Made by a program: the position numbers and the translations under genes. DNA of 48,785 bases from Bacteroides sp. GTDB lineage: Bacteria; Bacteroidota; Bacteroidia; Bacteroidales; SM23-62. Under the pieces are notes generated by a model, which worked only from the letters and a program-made list of their open reading frames with translations, made no database searches and was not told the origin of the DNA. Positions 1-9,193 of this stretch are shown here, piece after piece (the stretch's first letter is position 1; every line of letters begins with the position of its first letter). The stretch covers positions 1 through 48,785 of the forward strand of contig DAOWJB010000076.1 in assembly GCA_030640625.1 (NCBI GenBank), given 5' to 3'.

Positions 1-278
1 GGCAGTAATACCTGAATGACGATGAAATAACCCAGCAGGTAACCCAGGACAATCTGCATATAAGAGAACTGGCTGTCCCCCACCCAGCCCGGCAGGGAAA
101 TGAACGTCACCCCCGAAAGGGAGGCACCGATCATTCCAAAGGCAACGACATACCAGGGCGACCTCCTGTTGCCAATAAAAAAAGAGGCATTGTCGGCATG
201 GCGACCCGTCACATGGGAAATGACCAGGATCAGGGCGAAATAGAGCAGGATAACTGTCAGGACGAGGAATGGGGTCAT
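1..278 (-). CDS. Sodium:solute symporter (SSS family), N-terminal part; runs off the window start
   Basis: Not in the ORF track. Manual translation from ATG 278 gives [67 protein letters not shown]..., a typical SSS N-terminus. The frame is open to position 1. Confidence 0.9.
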   Translation of the reverse strand, partial: MTPFLVLTVILLYFALILVISHVTGRHADNASFFIGNRRSPWYVVAFGMIGASLSGVTFISLPGWVGDSQFSYMQIVLGYLLGYFIVIQVLL

Positions 279-354
279 AATTTCAATTAATCCTTCCGAT
301 GAAGGAATTATTATACAAATAAATAAAAAAATTGCCTGATGAGGAATTTGGTGT

Positions 355-362
355 TATTTTTG
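355..362 (+). promoter_or_regulatory. Bacteroidota sigma-70 -7 box (TAnnTTTG) for recR
   Basis: TATTTTTG ends 23 nt before ATG 386. Confidence 0.55.
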
Positions 363-385
363 AAAAGTTCCTGAAACCATTTGGC

Positions 386-1033
386 ATGTCAGCATTCCAC
401 AATTATCCCTCAAAACTTTTAGAGCAAGCCGTTCGAGAATTTGCCGCCCTGCCTGGCATTGGTAGCAAGACGGCACTCAGGCTGGTGCTGCACCTTTTGA
501 AACAGGATATGGAAGATGTAGAAAACTTTGGGAATGCCATGATCGAACTCAAAAAAAACATACATCACTGCACGATCTGCCAGAATATTTCCGACACCGA
601 GGTCTGCCAGATCTGTTCAAATCCGAAACGGGACCGGCAACTGGTCTGTGTCGTAGAGAACATCAGGGATGTAATGTCTATCGAGGGGACCAACCAGTAT
701 ACCGGGCTATATCATGTGCTCGGGGGGATCATCTCACCGATCGAGGGGGTCGGTCCCGGCGACCTGACCATTGACCAGCTCGAGCAAAGGATCAAACCGG
801 GTGGCATTGAGGAGGTGATCCTGGCCCTGAGCACAACCATGGAAGGTGATACGACTAATTTCTATATCTATAAACGACTCCAGTCTTACCAGCTCAGGAT
901 AACCACCCTGGCACGCGGTGTAGCCATAGGTGACGAGCTTGAATATGCAGACGAGATCACCCTGGGCCGGTCCATCGTGGACAGGACACCTTTTGAGATT
1001 AATTTCAGTGGACGAAAACAGGACCTCTCCTGA
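386..1033 (+). CDS. recR: Recombination mediator RecR
   Basis: Hh[14 protein letters not shown]4 zinc finger CTIC...CQIC, Toprim motifs CVVE, YHVLGG and [13 protein letters not shown] 386 is preferred over TTG 332. Confidence 0.97.
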   Translation: MSAFHNYPSKLLEQAVREFAALPGIGSKTALRLVLHLLKQDMEDVENFGNAMIELKKNIHHCTICQNISDTEVCQICSNPKRDRQLVCVVENIRDVMSIEGTNQYTGLYHVLGGIISPIEGVGPGDLTIDQLEQRIKPGGIEEVILALSTTMEGDTTNFYIYKRLQSYQLRITTLARGVAIGDELEYADEITLGRSIVDRTPFEINFSGRKQDLS

Positions 1034-1062
1034 TCTGGATTTTTTGTTTCCGGAATCCATCT

Positions 1063-1070
1063 TAAATTTG
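1063..1070 (+). promoter_or_regulatory. -7 promoter box for lysA
   Basis: TAAATTTG ends 23 nt before ATG 1094. Confidence 0.55.
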
Positions 1071-1093
1071 TTATTTACATTAATCCTCTTATC

Positions 1094-2332
1094 ATGGAAC
1101 TTTTAAACAACCAGTATGTCATCGATAACGTACCTGTATGCGATCTCATTCATAAGTATGGATCTCCCATCTACGTATATGATACCGCCAGGATGGAGAA
1201 GCAATACAAGCGACTGGAAAATGCTTTTAAAGGTTCCCGCATAAAAATAAATTATGCCTGCAAGGCACTGACCAATATAAATGTACTGAGATTTTTCAAG
1301 GGAATGGGTTCCGGACTTGATGCGGTTTCCGTTCAGGAAGTGTTGTTGGGACTGAAGGCAGGTTATGATCCACAGGATATTTTATATACGCCCAATTGCG
1401 TATCGATAGAAGAGATCAATGAGGTTATGGACCTGGGAGTGAGGATCAATATAGACAGCATCTCCATACTTGAGCAATTCGGACACCAGCATGGGTTCAA
1501 TATCCCGATATGCATACGGATCAATCCCCATATTATGGCAGGAGGGAACCAGAAGACATCCACCGGGCATATCGATTCAAAATTTGGCATATCCATTTAC
1601 CAGCTGCCACACGTTGAACGGGTCATTGAGACCAATGATATGAAAGTGGAAGGGATCCATATGCATACAGGTTCAGATATTCTTGATGTGGATGTATTCC
1701 TTCGGGGAATTGAGATCCTTCTTGAATCTTCCAGGCATTTTAAGGATCTGGACTACATCGATATAGGATCAGGTTTCAAGGTGGCCTACCGGGATGGGGA
1801 TAACTTTACAGATATAGAATCATTCGGGAAAAGCCTCTCGAAGCGTTTCAACAAGTTTAGCAGTGAATATGGAAAGGACCTGACCCTGATCTTTGAACCC
1901 GGAAAATTCCTGGTAAGCGAGGCAGGCTATTTCCTGGCCAGGGTCAATGTGATCAAACATACAACTGCTACTGTGTTCGCCGGACTCGATACAGGCATGA
2001 ACCACTTTATCCGTCCCATGTTTTATGATTCCTATCACCAGATCATCAATGTGTCAAAACCCAGGGGAAAAACACGTATCTATACAGTCGTAGGCTATAT
2101 TTGTGAAACAGACACATTTGGATGGAACAGGAAAATTACAGAAATTTCCGAAGGAGACGTACTGGCTTTCAAGAATGCCGGTGCCTACTGTTTTGCCATG
2201 TCATCCAATTACAATTCCAGGTACAGGCCGGCTGAAGTAATGGTGCACAAACAAAAAGATTACCTCATCAGGAAAAGGGAAGAACTGGAAGACCTGACCC
2301 GGAACCAGGTGATATTAGATAATATTTTGTAA
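1094..2332 (+). CDS. lysA: Diaminopimelate decarboxylase
   Basis: PLP lysine YACKA, SKFGI, HMHTGS, EPGKFLV, GYICETD, GAYCFAMSSNYNSR. Confidence 0.96.
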   Translation: MELLNNQYVIDNVPVCDLIHKYGSPIYVYDTARMEKQYKRLENAFKGSRIKINYACKALTNINVLRFFKGMGSGLDAVSVQEVLLGLKAGYDPQDILYTPNCVSIEEINEVMDLGVRINIDSISILEQFGHQHGFNIPICIRINPHIMAGGNQKTSTGHIDSKFGISIYQLPHVERVIETNDMKVEGIHMHTGSDILDVDVFLRGIEILLESSRHFKDLDYIDIGSGFKVAYRDGDNFTDIESFGKSLSKRFNKFSSEYGKDLTLIFEPGKFLVSEAGYFLARVNVIKHTTATVFAGLDTGMNHFIRPMFYDSYHQIINVSKPRGKTRIYTVVGYICETDTFGWNRKITEISEGDVLAFKNAGAYCFAMSSNYNSRYRPAEVMVHKQKDYLIRKREELEDLTRNQVILDNIL

Positions 2333-2355
2333 TTTTCAAATATCCAGCACAGTCT

Positions 2356-4320
2356 ATGGATCTCTCCATTATTATTGTCAACTATAACGTCAAGTATTTC
2401 CTGGAGCAATGCCTGCATTCAGTGCAACACTCCTGCGGGAACCTGCAGATGGAGGTCTTTGTGGTTGACAACAATTCTGTGGATGGTTCCTGTGCCATGG
2501 TTCAGGAAAAATTTCCGGATGTAAGCCTGATCCGCAATGATCAGAACCTTGGTTTCTCGGTGGCCAATAACCAGGCTATAAAAAAATCAACCGGGAGATA
2601 TGTTTTGCTCTTGAATCCGGATACCGTCATCGAGGAAGATACCCTTACAAAATGTGTCTCCTATATGGATGAACATCCGGATAGCGGGGGACTGGGTGTA
2701 AAGATGATTGACGGGAAAGGTGATTTCCTCCCGGAATCAAAGAGAAGCCTGCCTACTCCCAGGGTGGCTTTTTATAAGATTTTCGGACTCTCAAGACTTT
2801 TTCCAAGATCCCGCACATTCTCCAGATACCATCTTGGTTATCTTGACAAGGACCAGATCCATCAGATTGAAATTCTGCCCGGGGCCTTTATGATGCTGCG
2901 CAAATCCGCCCTGGACAAGATCGGAATTCTGGATGAAGACTTTTTCATGTACGGGGAAGATATTGATATCTCATACCGCCTGCTGAATGCCGGGTACAAG
3001 AATGTATACTACCCGGAAACAACCATCATCCATTACAAGGGAGAAAGCACAAAAAAAGGATCAATGAACTATGTGCTTACCTTCTACAACGCAATGATCA
3101 TTTTTGCCAGGAAACACTTTTCAAAGAAAATGGCCAAAAGCTATGCGGCCATAATTAACCTGGCCGTCTACTTCAGGGCATTCCTCGCCCTGCTAAGGCG
3201 TTTTGTAAAAAATTTCTCCCTGCCCATTGTCCAGGCCGTTCTCATCTATATTGGTTTCTCCCTGATCAAACCGTTATGGGAGCTTTACAAGTTCCAGGGC
3301 AGCAGCCAGTATCCCAGGGAGTATATGACCATCGTTGTTCCGGCATATATCCTTATCTGGCTACTCGCCCTGTTCTTTTCCGAAGCCTATGACACACCGG
3401 TAAAGCCCTCACGCATCTTTAAAGGAATTTTCACGGGCACCCTTATCATTCTGGTAATCTATGCCCTGCTTTCTGAATCCCTCCGGTTTTCCAGGGCCCT
3501 CCTGTTGATGGGGGCTGTATGGGCCTTGATATCCAGTTACCTGATCAGCCTGGTTTTCCATTTTTTACGGATTACAGGATTCAGGTTCGACCTGAAAAGA
3601 AATAAAAAAATAATCATTATCGGAAAACACGATGAATCCTGGCGGGTCGAATCAATGCTTAAAAAAGCAGAAGCAAAGGGGTTTATTGCTGGCTATGTTA
3701 ATCCGGAAGTTGATGATGATGACACTTATATAGGCCATATTGACCAGCTGGAGGAGATCATCAAGATCAATCATATCGACGAGATTATTTTCTGTGCGCG
3801 GGATATATCTTCCCAGGATATCATCCGCAAGATGATGTTGTTAACCAATGGCAGGGTGGAATATAAAATTGCCCCGCCCGAAAGCCTTTCCATTATAGGC
3901 AGCCATTCAATCAATACCCCGGGAGATCTATATCTGATTGACTTTGAGTCGATTAACAAGCCGGCGAACCGGCGTAACAAAAAATTCTTTGATGTTGTTT
4001 CATCCATCATCCTGCTAATAAGTGCACCCATACTGCTGTTTATGGTAAAGCATCCCATGCAGGCCCTGGTCAACATTTTCAGGGTGCTTTCAGGCAGGTA
4101 CTCCTGGGTTGGTTTCCACCCGGATCCGGAACACCTGAACCTGCCAGCCATCAAACCCGGGATCCTGTTCCCTTCTGATGCACTTGGCAGCGATAATGCC
4201 GATTCAGAAACCCTGGCCAATCTGAATATTATGTACATCAAGAATTACAGCGTCTTTACGGATGCCATGATCCTGCTCCGGAACATCCGTCATATTGGAA
4301 GGAAAGATCCGGAAATGTAA
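2356..4320 (+). CDS. GT2 glycosyltransferase fused to a membrane region and a degenerate sugar-transferase (PGT)-like C-terminus
   Basis: GT2 motifs SIIIVNYN, VVDNNS.DGS, LLNPD and FFMYGEDID; several TM helices; Rossmann-like IIIIG segment; Bac_transf-like tail. Confidence 0.85.
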   Translation: MDLSIIIVNYNVKYFLEQCLHSVQHSCGNLQMEVFVVDNNSVDGSCAMVQEKFPDVSLIRNDQNLGFSVANNQAIKKSTGRYVLLLNPDTVIEEDTLTKCVSYMDEHPDSGGLGVKMIDGKGDFLPESKRSLPTPRVAFYKIFGLSRLFPRSRTFSRYHLGYLDKDQIHQIEILPGAFMMLRKSALDKIGILDEDFFMYGEDIDISYRLLNAGYKNVYYPETTIIHYKGESTKKGSMNYVLTFYNAMIIFARKHFSKKMAKSYAAIINLAVYFRAFLALLRRFVKNFSLPIVQAVLIYIGFSLIKPLWELYKFQGSSQYPREYMTIVVPAYILIWLLALFFSEAYDTPVKPSRIFKGIFTGTLIILVIYALLSESLRFSRALLLMGAVWALISSYLISLVFHFLRITGFRFDLKRNKKIIIIGKHDESWRVESMLKKAEAKGFIAGYVNPEVDDDDTYIGHIDQLEEIIKINHIDEIIFCARDISSQDIIRKMMLLTNGRVEYKIAPPESLSIIGSHSINTPGDLYLIDFESINKPANRRNKKFFDVVSSIILLISAPILLFMVKHPMQALVNIFRVLSGRYSWVGFHPDPEHLNLPAIKPGILFPSDALGSDNADSETLANLNIMYIKNYSVFTDAMILLRNIRHIGRKDPEM

Positions 4321-4367
4321 GTTTGCTCCGAAACTTTTTTTATTTTTATCCAGTCTTAATAGTGAAA

Positions 4368-5756
4368 ATGGCCCAGATCGAGATCATATTACCAGCCATG
4401 GGAGAAGGGATTATTGAAGCCGAGATCACCCGGTGGCTTGTACATGAGGGAGACCATGTTGAAATTGACACTCCCGTGGTAGAAGTGGCGACTGACAAGG
4501 TTGACAGCGAGATTCCTTCTCCGGGGACCGGTATCATCTTCAAGATCTTTCTCGCTGAGGGAGATGTGCCAAAAGTAGGGCAGGTGATTGCCCTGATCTC
4601 GACCGGAACAGACGATGACAGGCAGTCCAACGAAAACCTGACCGGAGAGGATCCTGCAACAGGTACAGAGGAAAGCGCAGCCAAACAAGCTGAGGATATC
4701 AGAAAGCAACGGGAAGTTGAGAAGAAAGCTGCCAGCAGCCTGGTATTTGAGAACAGGAATCTTGCATCTGTTGCATTCCTGTCACCGGTCATCAGAAAAA
4801 TCGCCAGGGATCACGGCCTGTCCCCTGACGAACTTCAATATGTTCAGGGTACAGGGAAAGGAGGCAGGATAACCAGGGCAGACCTGCTCGAATACCTGGA
4901 CAGAAAGAAGAATGCAGATGATAACATAACCGTCCCCCATAAGCCACAATCCCCAAAAGCGGAATCTGCCCCCAAAGAAACATCGCCCGGTACAAAACAA
5001 AGGACCAAAGCTACCCTAATCAGCCGGGATCAAATTTATGGTACGGGTGAATCAAGGGTAGAGGAAATGGACCGGATGAGAAAACTCATTGCAGATCACA
5101 TGGTCTATTCCAAACAGACAGCCCCTCATGTCACTTCCTTTGTGGAATCGGATGTTACGCAGATGATCAGATGGAGGGATATGGTCAAGGAAGAATTTCT
5201 GCAACAATACAAACAAAAACTTACCATTACCACCCTGATCCTGGAGGCCGTTGCCAAATCCCTCAAGGAATTTCCATCCATTAATGTTTCTTTGGACGGC
5301 TATCAGATCATTCATAAAACTTCCATCAATATAGGCATGGCTGCGGCCCTGCCTGACGGGAACCTGATCGTTCCTGTCATCCGGCATGCGGACCAACTTA
5401 ACCTTCCGGGTCTGGCCGCTGCAGTGAATGACCTGGCCAACCGCGCGAGGTCCAATAAGCTTCAGCCTGCAGAAATTCAGGGAGGAACCTTCACTGTTAC
5501 CAACCTTGGCAATTTCAGTAATATAGCAGGTACACCGGTGATCAACCAGCCTGAAGTGGCCATCCTGGCAGTTGGTGCTATTCAAAAGAAACCGGCAGTG
5601 GTGGAAACGCCCCAGGGAGATACCATCGGGATCCGTCAAATGGTAATCCTTTCCCTGTCCTATGATCACCGCATTGTGAACGGTGCGCTGGGAGGGTCCT
5701 TCCTGAACAGCATTGCCAACACGCTACAAAACTTTGATCAGGAAAGAAGTATTTAA
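4368..5756 (+). CDS. 2-oxoacid dehydrogenase E2 (dihydrolipoamide acyltransferase, probably branched-chain type)
   Basis: Lipoyl domain VATDKVDSE, E3-binding SPVIRKIA...GTGKGGRIT, catalytic YDHRIVNG. Start at ATG 4368. Confidence 0.93.
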   Translation: MAQIEIILPAMGEGIIEAEITRWLVHEGDHVEIDTPVVEVATDKVDSEIPSPGTGIIFKIFLAEGDVPKVGQVIALISTGTDDDRQSNENLTGEDPATGTEESAAKQAEDIRKQREVEKKAASSLVFENRNLASVAFLSPVIRKIARDHGLSPDELQYVQGTGKGGRITRADLLEYLDRKKNADDNITVPHKPQSPKAESAPKETSPGTKQRTKATLISRDQIYGTGESRVEEMDRMRKLIADHMVYSKQTAPHVTSFVESDVTQMIRWRDMVKEEFLQQYKQKLTITTLILEAVAKSLKEFPSINVSLDGYQIIHKTSINIGMAAALPDGNLIVPVIRHADQLNLPGLAAAVNDLANRARSNKLQPAEIQGGTFTVTNLGNFSNIAGTPVINQPEVAILAVGAIQKKPAVVETPQGDTIGIRQMVILSLSYDHRIVNGALGGSFLNSIANTLQNFDQERSI

Positions 5757-5880
5757 CCATTCTGCCTGACCTGACGGTTGGTGGTAAATCTAAGCCCATT
5801 CACCTCTTCCACAAACCCTGTCGGTTAAAAATATGGTTATTAACAGTCCGGGACCACGTATTGATGGTTGTTCTTTCAGT

Positions 5881-5896
5881 TAAATTTGTAAATTTG
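5881..5896 (+). promoter_or_regulatory. Two tandem -7 boxes (TAAATTTG x2) upstream of the TPR/PD40 cluster
   Basis: Exact 8-bp tandem repeat TAAATTTGTAAATTTG ending 28 nt before ATG 5925. Confidence 0.55.
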
Positions 5897-5924
5897 TTAC
5901 ATACCACTCTGATGTCCGAAATTT

Positions 5925-8900
5925 ATGAAACGTCATTCCGCACTTCTATTCCTTTTCATAATGCTTGCTCAATACGTCTTCACCCAGAGCGAGAGCAACT
6001 TCCGGGAAATGTTTCTGTATGCTGAATCAGAATTCCTGTTCGAGGAATATGCCGAAGCACTTCCGAATTACCTGCGACTGAACAAGCAGTATCCGGATAA
6101 TGACAACATCAATTTTAAACTAGGTGTCTGTTATCTCAATGACACTTATGAAAAAGACAAGGCAATCAGTTTTCTGGAAAAAGCCGTCCAGAACATCAAT
6201 CCGAAGTACAAGGAAAATAGCTTCAAGGAAACGGGAGCCCCGATGGAAGCCAATTTTTACCTTGGTAACGCCTACCGGATCAATAATGAGCTTAATAGAG
6301 CCATTGAAACCTATAAGCATTTTAAGGATCAGGCCGATCCAGAGCTATATGACCTGGACCTGGTGAATGAACAGATCACTGCCTGTGAAAATGCAATTGA
6401 TCTTAAAACAAGGCCTGTAGATATTGAAATCGTCAATCTGGGTGACCGGATCAATACGAGATTCTCGGATGTTCAACCCGTCATTTCCGGTGATGAATCC
6501 AAGCTTGTTTTTGTTCAAAAACAACCCTTTTTTGATGCACTCGCCTTCTCGGAGAAAATTGATGGAGAGTGGTCATTCCCAAGAATATTGATGGAAGAAT
6601 TGCAGGTGGATGAAGATGTATACCCGACCTGCCTCTCACATGACGGAAATACACTGATCATTTACCGCAATGATAATTTCACGGGCAACCTTTATACCAG
6701 TAATTATGCCGATGGCAGATGGTCTCCCCTTGTCAAGCTGAATGAAAACATTAACACAAAATACTGGGAATCCCATGCCTCCCTGAATAATACAGGAGAC
6801 ACGCTGTTTTTTACCAGCAATCGAAAGGGAGGATATGGTGGACTGGATATTTATTATTCAGTGAAAGGATCGAACAATGACTGGGGACAGGCCATAAATC
6901 TGGGGCCCACTATCAATACGAAATACAACGAAGAAACCCCTTTTATTACTTCTGATGGCAAAACACTTTATTTCAGCTCTTACGGGCATTATAACATGGG
7001 GGGTTATGATGTTCTTTACACAACAAGGCTGGACAACGGGAAATGGGCTGTTCCCATTAATGCGGGCTACCCGATCAATACAACGGACGATGATGTATTC
7101 TTCAATCCTGTTCAGAACGGTGCATATGCCTATTTTTCACGGTTCCTGGACGATGGCCTGGGCCGTACCGATATCTACCGTTTGGAGATCTTCTCAAAAA
7201 CCCACCCCAGGAAGTTCCAGGTAAACGGAATGGTGAGCGTAGAGGATGAAGCCAGCCTGACCAGTCCGGTCCGGATCGCCGTAGTCGAGCATTATACACG
7301 GGACACAGTAGCCGTTACCTATGCCGACCCGTCAACCGGGGCATTCACCTTTACGGCTGTTGCAGGCGCCTATGATCTGCTTGTGGAAGGGGAAGATTAT
7401 GAAACTGCCTCACGAAGCATGGAAATACCCGAGGATTACCTCGAGAAGGAACTGGCGCTGACTTCGGCCATCCTGCTCACCCTGTCCAGGCACCTGATGG
7501 ACATGCAACCAAAAATCGTGGATAAGATAAAAGTAAGTGACACATTGATCATTGTTGACTCGGACGATCCTATTGAGATTCCCATGACACTTGAAAGGGA
7601 TTCCGAACTGGATGTGGATATATATCACAATGGTATGCTCAATCGATTTGAATCGCATGAAATTGAAAGAAGGAGGTATGTTTATACATATGTCCCGGTG
7701 CCAGGTGAAAACCTGCTAAAGTTCAAGCTGACAGACAGGCGGGGTAACCTCAGTTACAAGGATATACGTGTCATTTATACGCCAGCTGTCCTCTCCGCCG
7801 AGGATAGTCTCGCAATGGTGGCAGCAGCCATGGCTGCGAAAACACTTTCTGAAGATGAACTTGAGGCATACAGGCAAAGGCTGGCTGAGAATGCTCATGG
7901 GGACCTTAAAGAAGTATTGAAGAACCTGGGTCTTGCAGCTGCCGGGATCTTCTCGGTTGACCAGCTGGTTAAACACCTCAAAGAGCAGGCTGCATCTCAT
8001 GATTATACAGAAGAGGATGTTGACAGGCTGATCGTGATCACCCCGTTTGACGAACTGGCATGGACAAAACAGTTACACCGAAACATGACAGCCGCTGCAG
8101 ACGGTGACCTGAAAAATGTATTGGAAGAATTAAACCTTGATGATGAAGGTATCATCAGCGAGAAAGAACTCGTGAGTTACCTTAAAACCCAGGCAGCAGA
8201 AAATGATTATACCCCCCAGGATGTCGATGACCTGATCCTTAAGGTCTTGCAGATCAAGTACCTGAGTGATTACCTTGATCAGCTCATCAACATTTGTCCG
8301 GATGATAACCTGCGAACGGCATTGGAGGATATTGATCTTAACCAGGCCGGGCTGACCAACCTGACGGAATTATATGAACATGTGCTGGACCAGGCCGAAA
8401 GTTACGGCTATGGTACAGGATCTGCCAACAGGCTGTTTGCGGAACTCGCCCAGCATATGGACCTGCAGGTGCTGATTGATCATCTGGCAGCTGTATCCTC
8501 CGGAGATTTGCAGCTATTGCTGAGCGGACTGGATCCCGAAGCAGAGGGTCTTGAAAATGCCACAGATCTGACACTGTACCTGCTTGATGCAGCCGGGAAG
8601 CATGATTATACGCAGGAGGATGTACTGAGGCTGCTGATGGATTATATTGGGAGAGAGGATCTTAAAGAGATCATTGAAATCCTCATCAGTATCTCCTCGG
8701 GTGACCTGCAGGATGTACTGATCAATCTTGACCTGGAGCGGGATGGTATCCATGACCTGGCAGACCTGTTCTATTATCTTCTGGATCAGGCAGCCAGCCA
8801 TGATTATACGGAAGATGATGTGATCAAGCTCTTCCTGGATCTGCTGAAGATCCTTGAAGATGAATCACTGGCGAATGAATTATCAGCCACCATCGACCAG

Positions 8901-9023
8901 GATATCGATACCGGGGCCCGGAAATATTGGTATTTCTGGGTCCTTGGCGGTTTGCTGCTGATCTTTGCAGTCATCCTGATTCGCAGGAAGAAGAAATCTG
9001 AAGAAACCAACCAGACAGTGTGA
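5925..9023 (+). CDS. Exported TPR + PD40 beta-propeller + carboxypeptidase-regulatory-like protein (PorE-like) with five C-terminal helical repeats and a C-terminal TM anchor
   Basis: Signal peptide; TPR (INFKLGVCYL, LGNAYRINNEL); PD40 repeats (FTSNRKGGYGGLDIY, NLGPTINT, NMGGYD); no OmpA domain; tail YWYFWVLGGLLLIFAVILI-RRKKK. Confidence 0.8.
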   Translation: MKRHSALLFLFIMLAQYVFTQSESNFREMFLYAESEFLFEEYAEALPNYLRLNKQYPDNDNINFKLGVCYLNDTYEKDKAISFLEKAVQNINPKYKENSFKETGAPMEANFYLGNAYRINNELNRAIETYKHFKDQADPELYDLDLVNEQITACENAIDLKTRPVDIEIVNLGDRINTRFSDVQPVISGDESKLVFVQKQPFFDALAFSEKIDGEWSFPRILMEELQVDEDVYPTCLSHDGNTLIIYRNDNFTGNLYTSNYADGRWSPLVKLNENINTKYWESHASLNNTGDTLFFTSNRKGGYGGLDIYYSVKGSNNDWGQAINLGPTINTKYNEETPFITSDGKTLYFSSYGHYNMGGYDVLYTTRLDNGKWAVPINAGYPINTTDDDVFFNPVQNGAYAYFSRFLDDGLGRTDIYRLEIFSKTHPRKFQVNGMVSVEDEASLTSPVRIAVVEHYTRDTVAVTYADPSTGAFTFTAVAGAYDLLVEGEDYETASRSMEIPEDYLEKELALTSAILLTLSRHLMDMQPKIVDKIKVSDTLIIVDSDDPIEIPMTLERDSELDVDIYHNGMLNRFESHEIERRRYVYTYVPVPGENLLKFKLTDRRGNLSYKDIRVIYTPAVLSAEDSLAMVAAAMAAKTLSEDELEAYRQRLAENAHGDLKEVLKNLGLAAAGIFSVDQLVKHLKEQAASHDYTEEDVDRLIVITPFDELAWTKQLHRNMTAAADGDLKNVLEELNLDDEGIISEKELVSYLKTQAAENDYTPQDVDDLILKVLQIKYLSDYLDQLINICPDDNLRTALEDIDLNQAGLTNLTELYEHVLDQAESYGYGTGSANRLFAELAQHMDLQVLIDHLAAVSSGDLQLLLSGLDPEAEGLENATDLTLYLLDAAGKHDYTQEDVLRLLMDYIGREDLKEIIEILISISSGDLQDVLINLDLERDGIHDLADLFYYLLDQAASHDYTEDDVIKLFLDLLKILEDESLANELSATIDQDIDTGARKYWYFWVLGGLLLIFAVILIRRKKKSEETNQTV
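7854..8860 (+). repeat. Five intragenic ~66-68-aa protein repeats (GDL..vL..LdL...Gi...L..yL..qA..hDYt.eDV..L)
   Basis: HDYT-equivalent codons at 7998, 8202, 8403, 8601 and 8799, spaced 204, 201, 198 and 198 nt. Confidence 0.85.
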
Positions 9024-9159
9024 CATGGATCTTATTTATCCGCTTTCATTCACATAGATGACTGAATAATACTGCTGTTAGAGCCATCCTTGCTCAGGCA
9101 TATCTGCAGCAATATTTCCATTTGTGCTAAAACAATTTTCAATTATTGTAATTAAGTTA

Positions 9160-9167
9160 TAAATTTG
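9160..9167 (+). promoter_or_regulatory. -7 promoter box for the OmpA-domain paralog
   Basis: TAAATTTG(TTA), same context as the box at 5889. Confidence 0.55.
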
Positions 9168-9193
9168 TTATACTACGGTAAAACTATCCATAC

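Noticed and set aside
9068-9116. Imperfect hairpin between paralogs 1 and 2 as an ncRNA
   Set aside because: Bulged stem with no recognisable motif; most simply a weak terminator or mRNA stability element.
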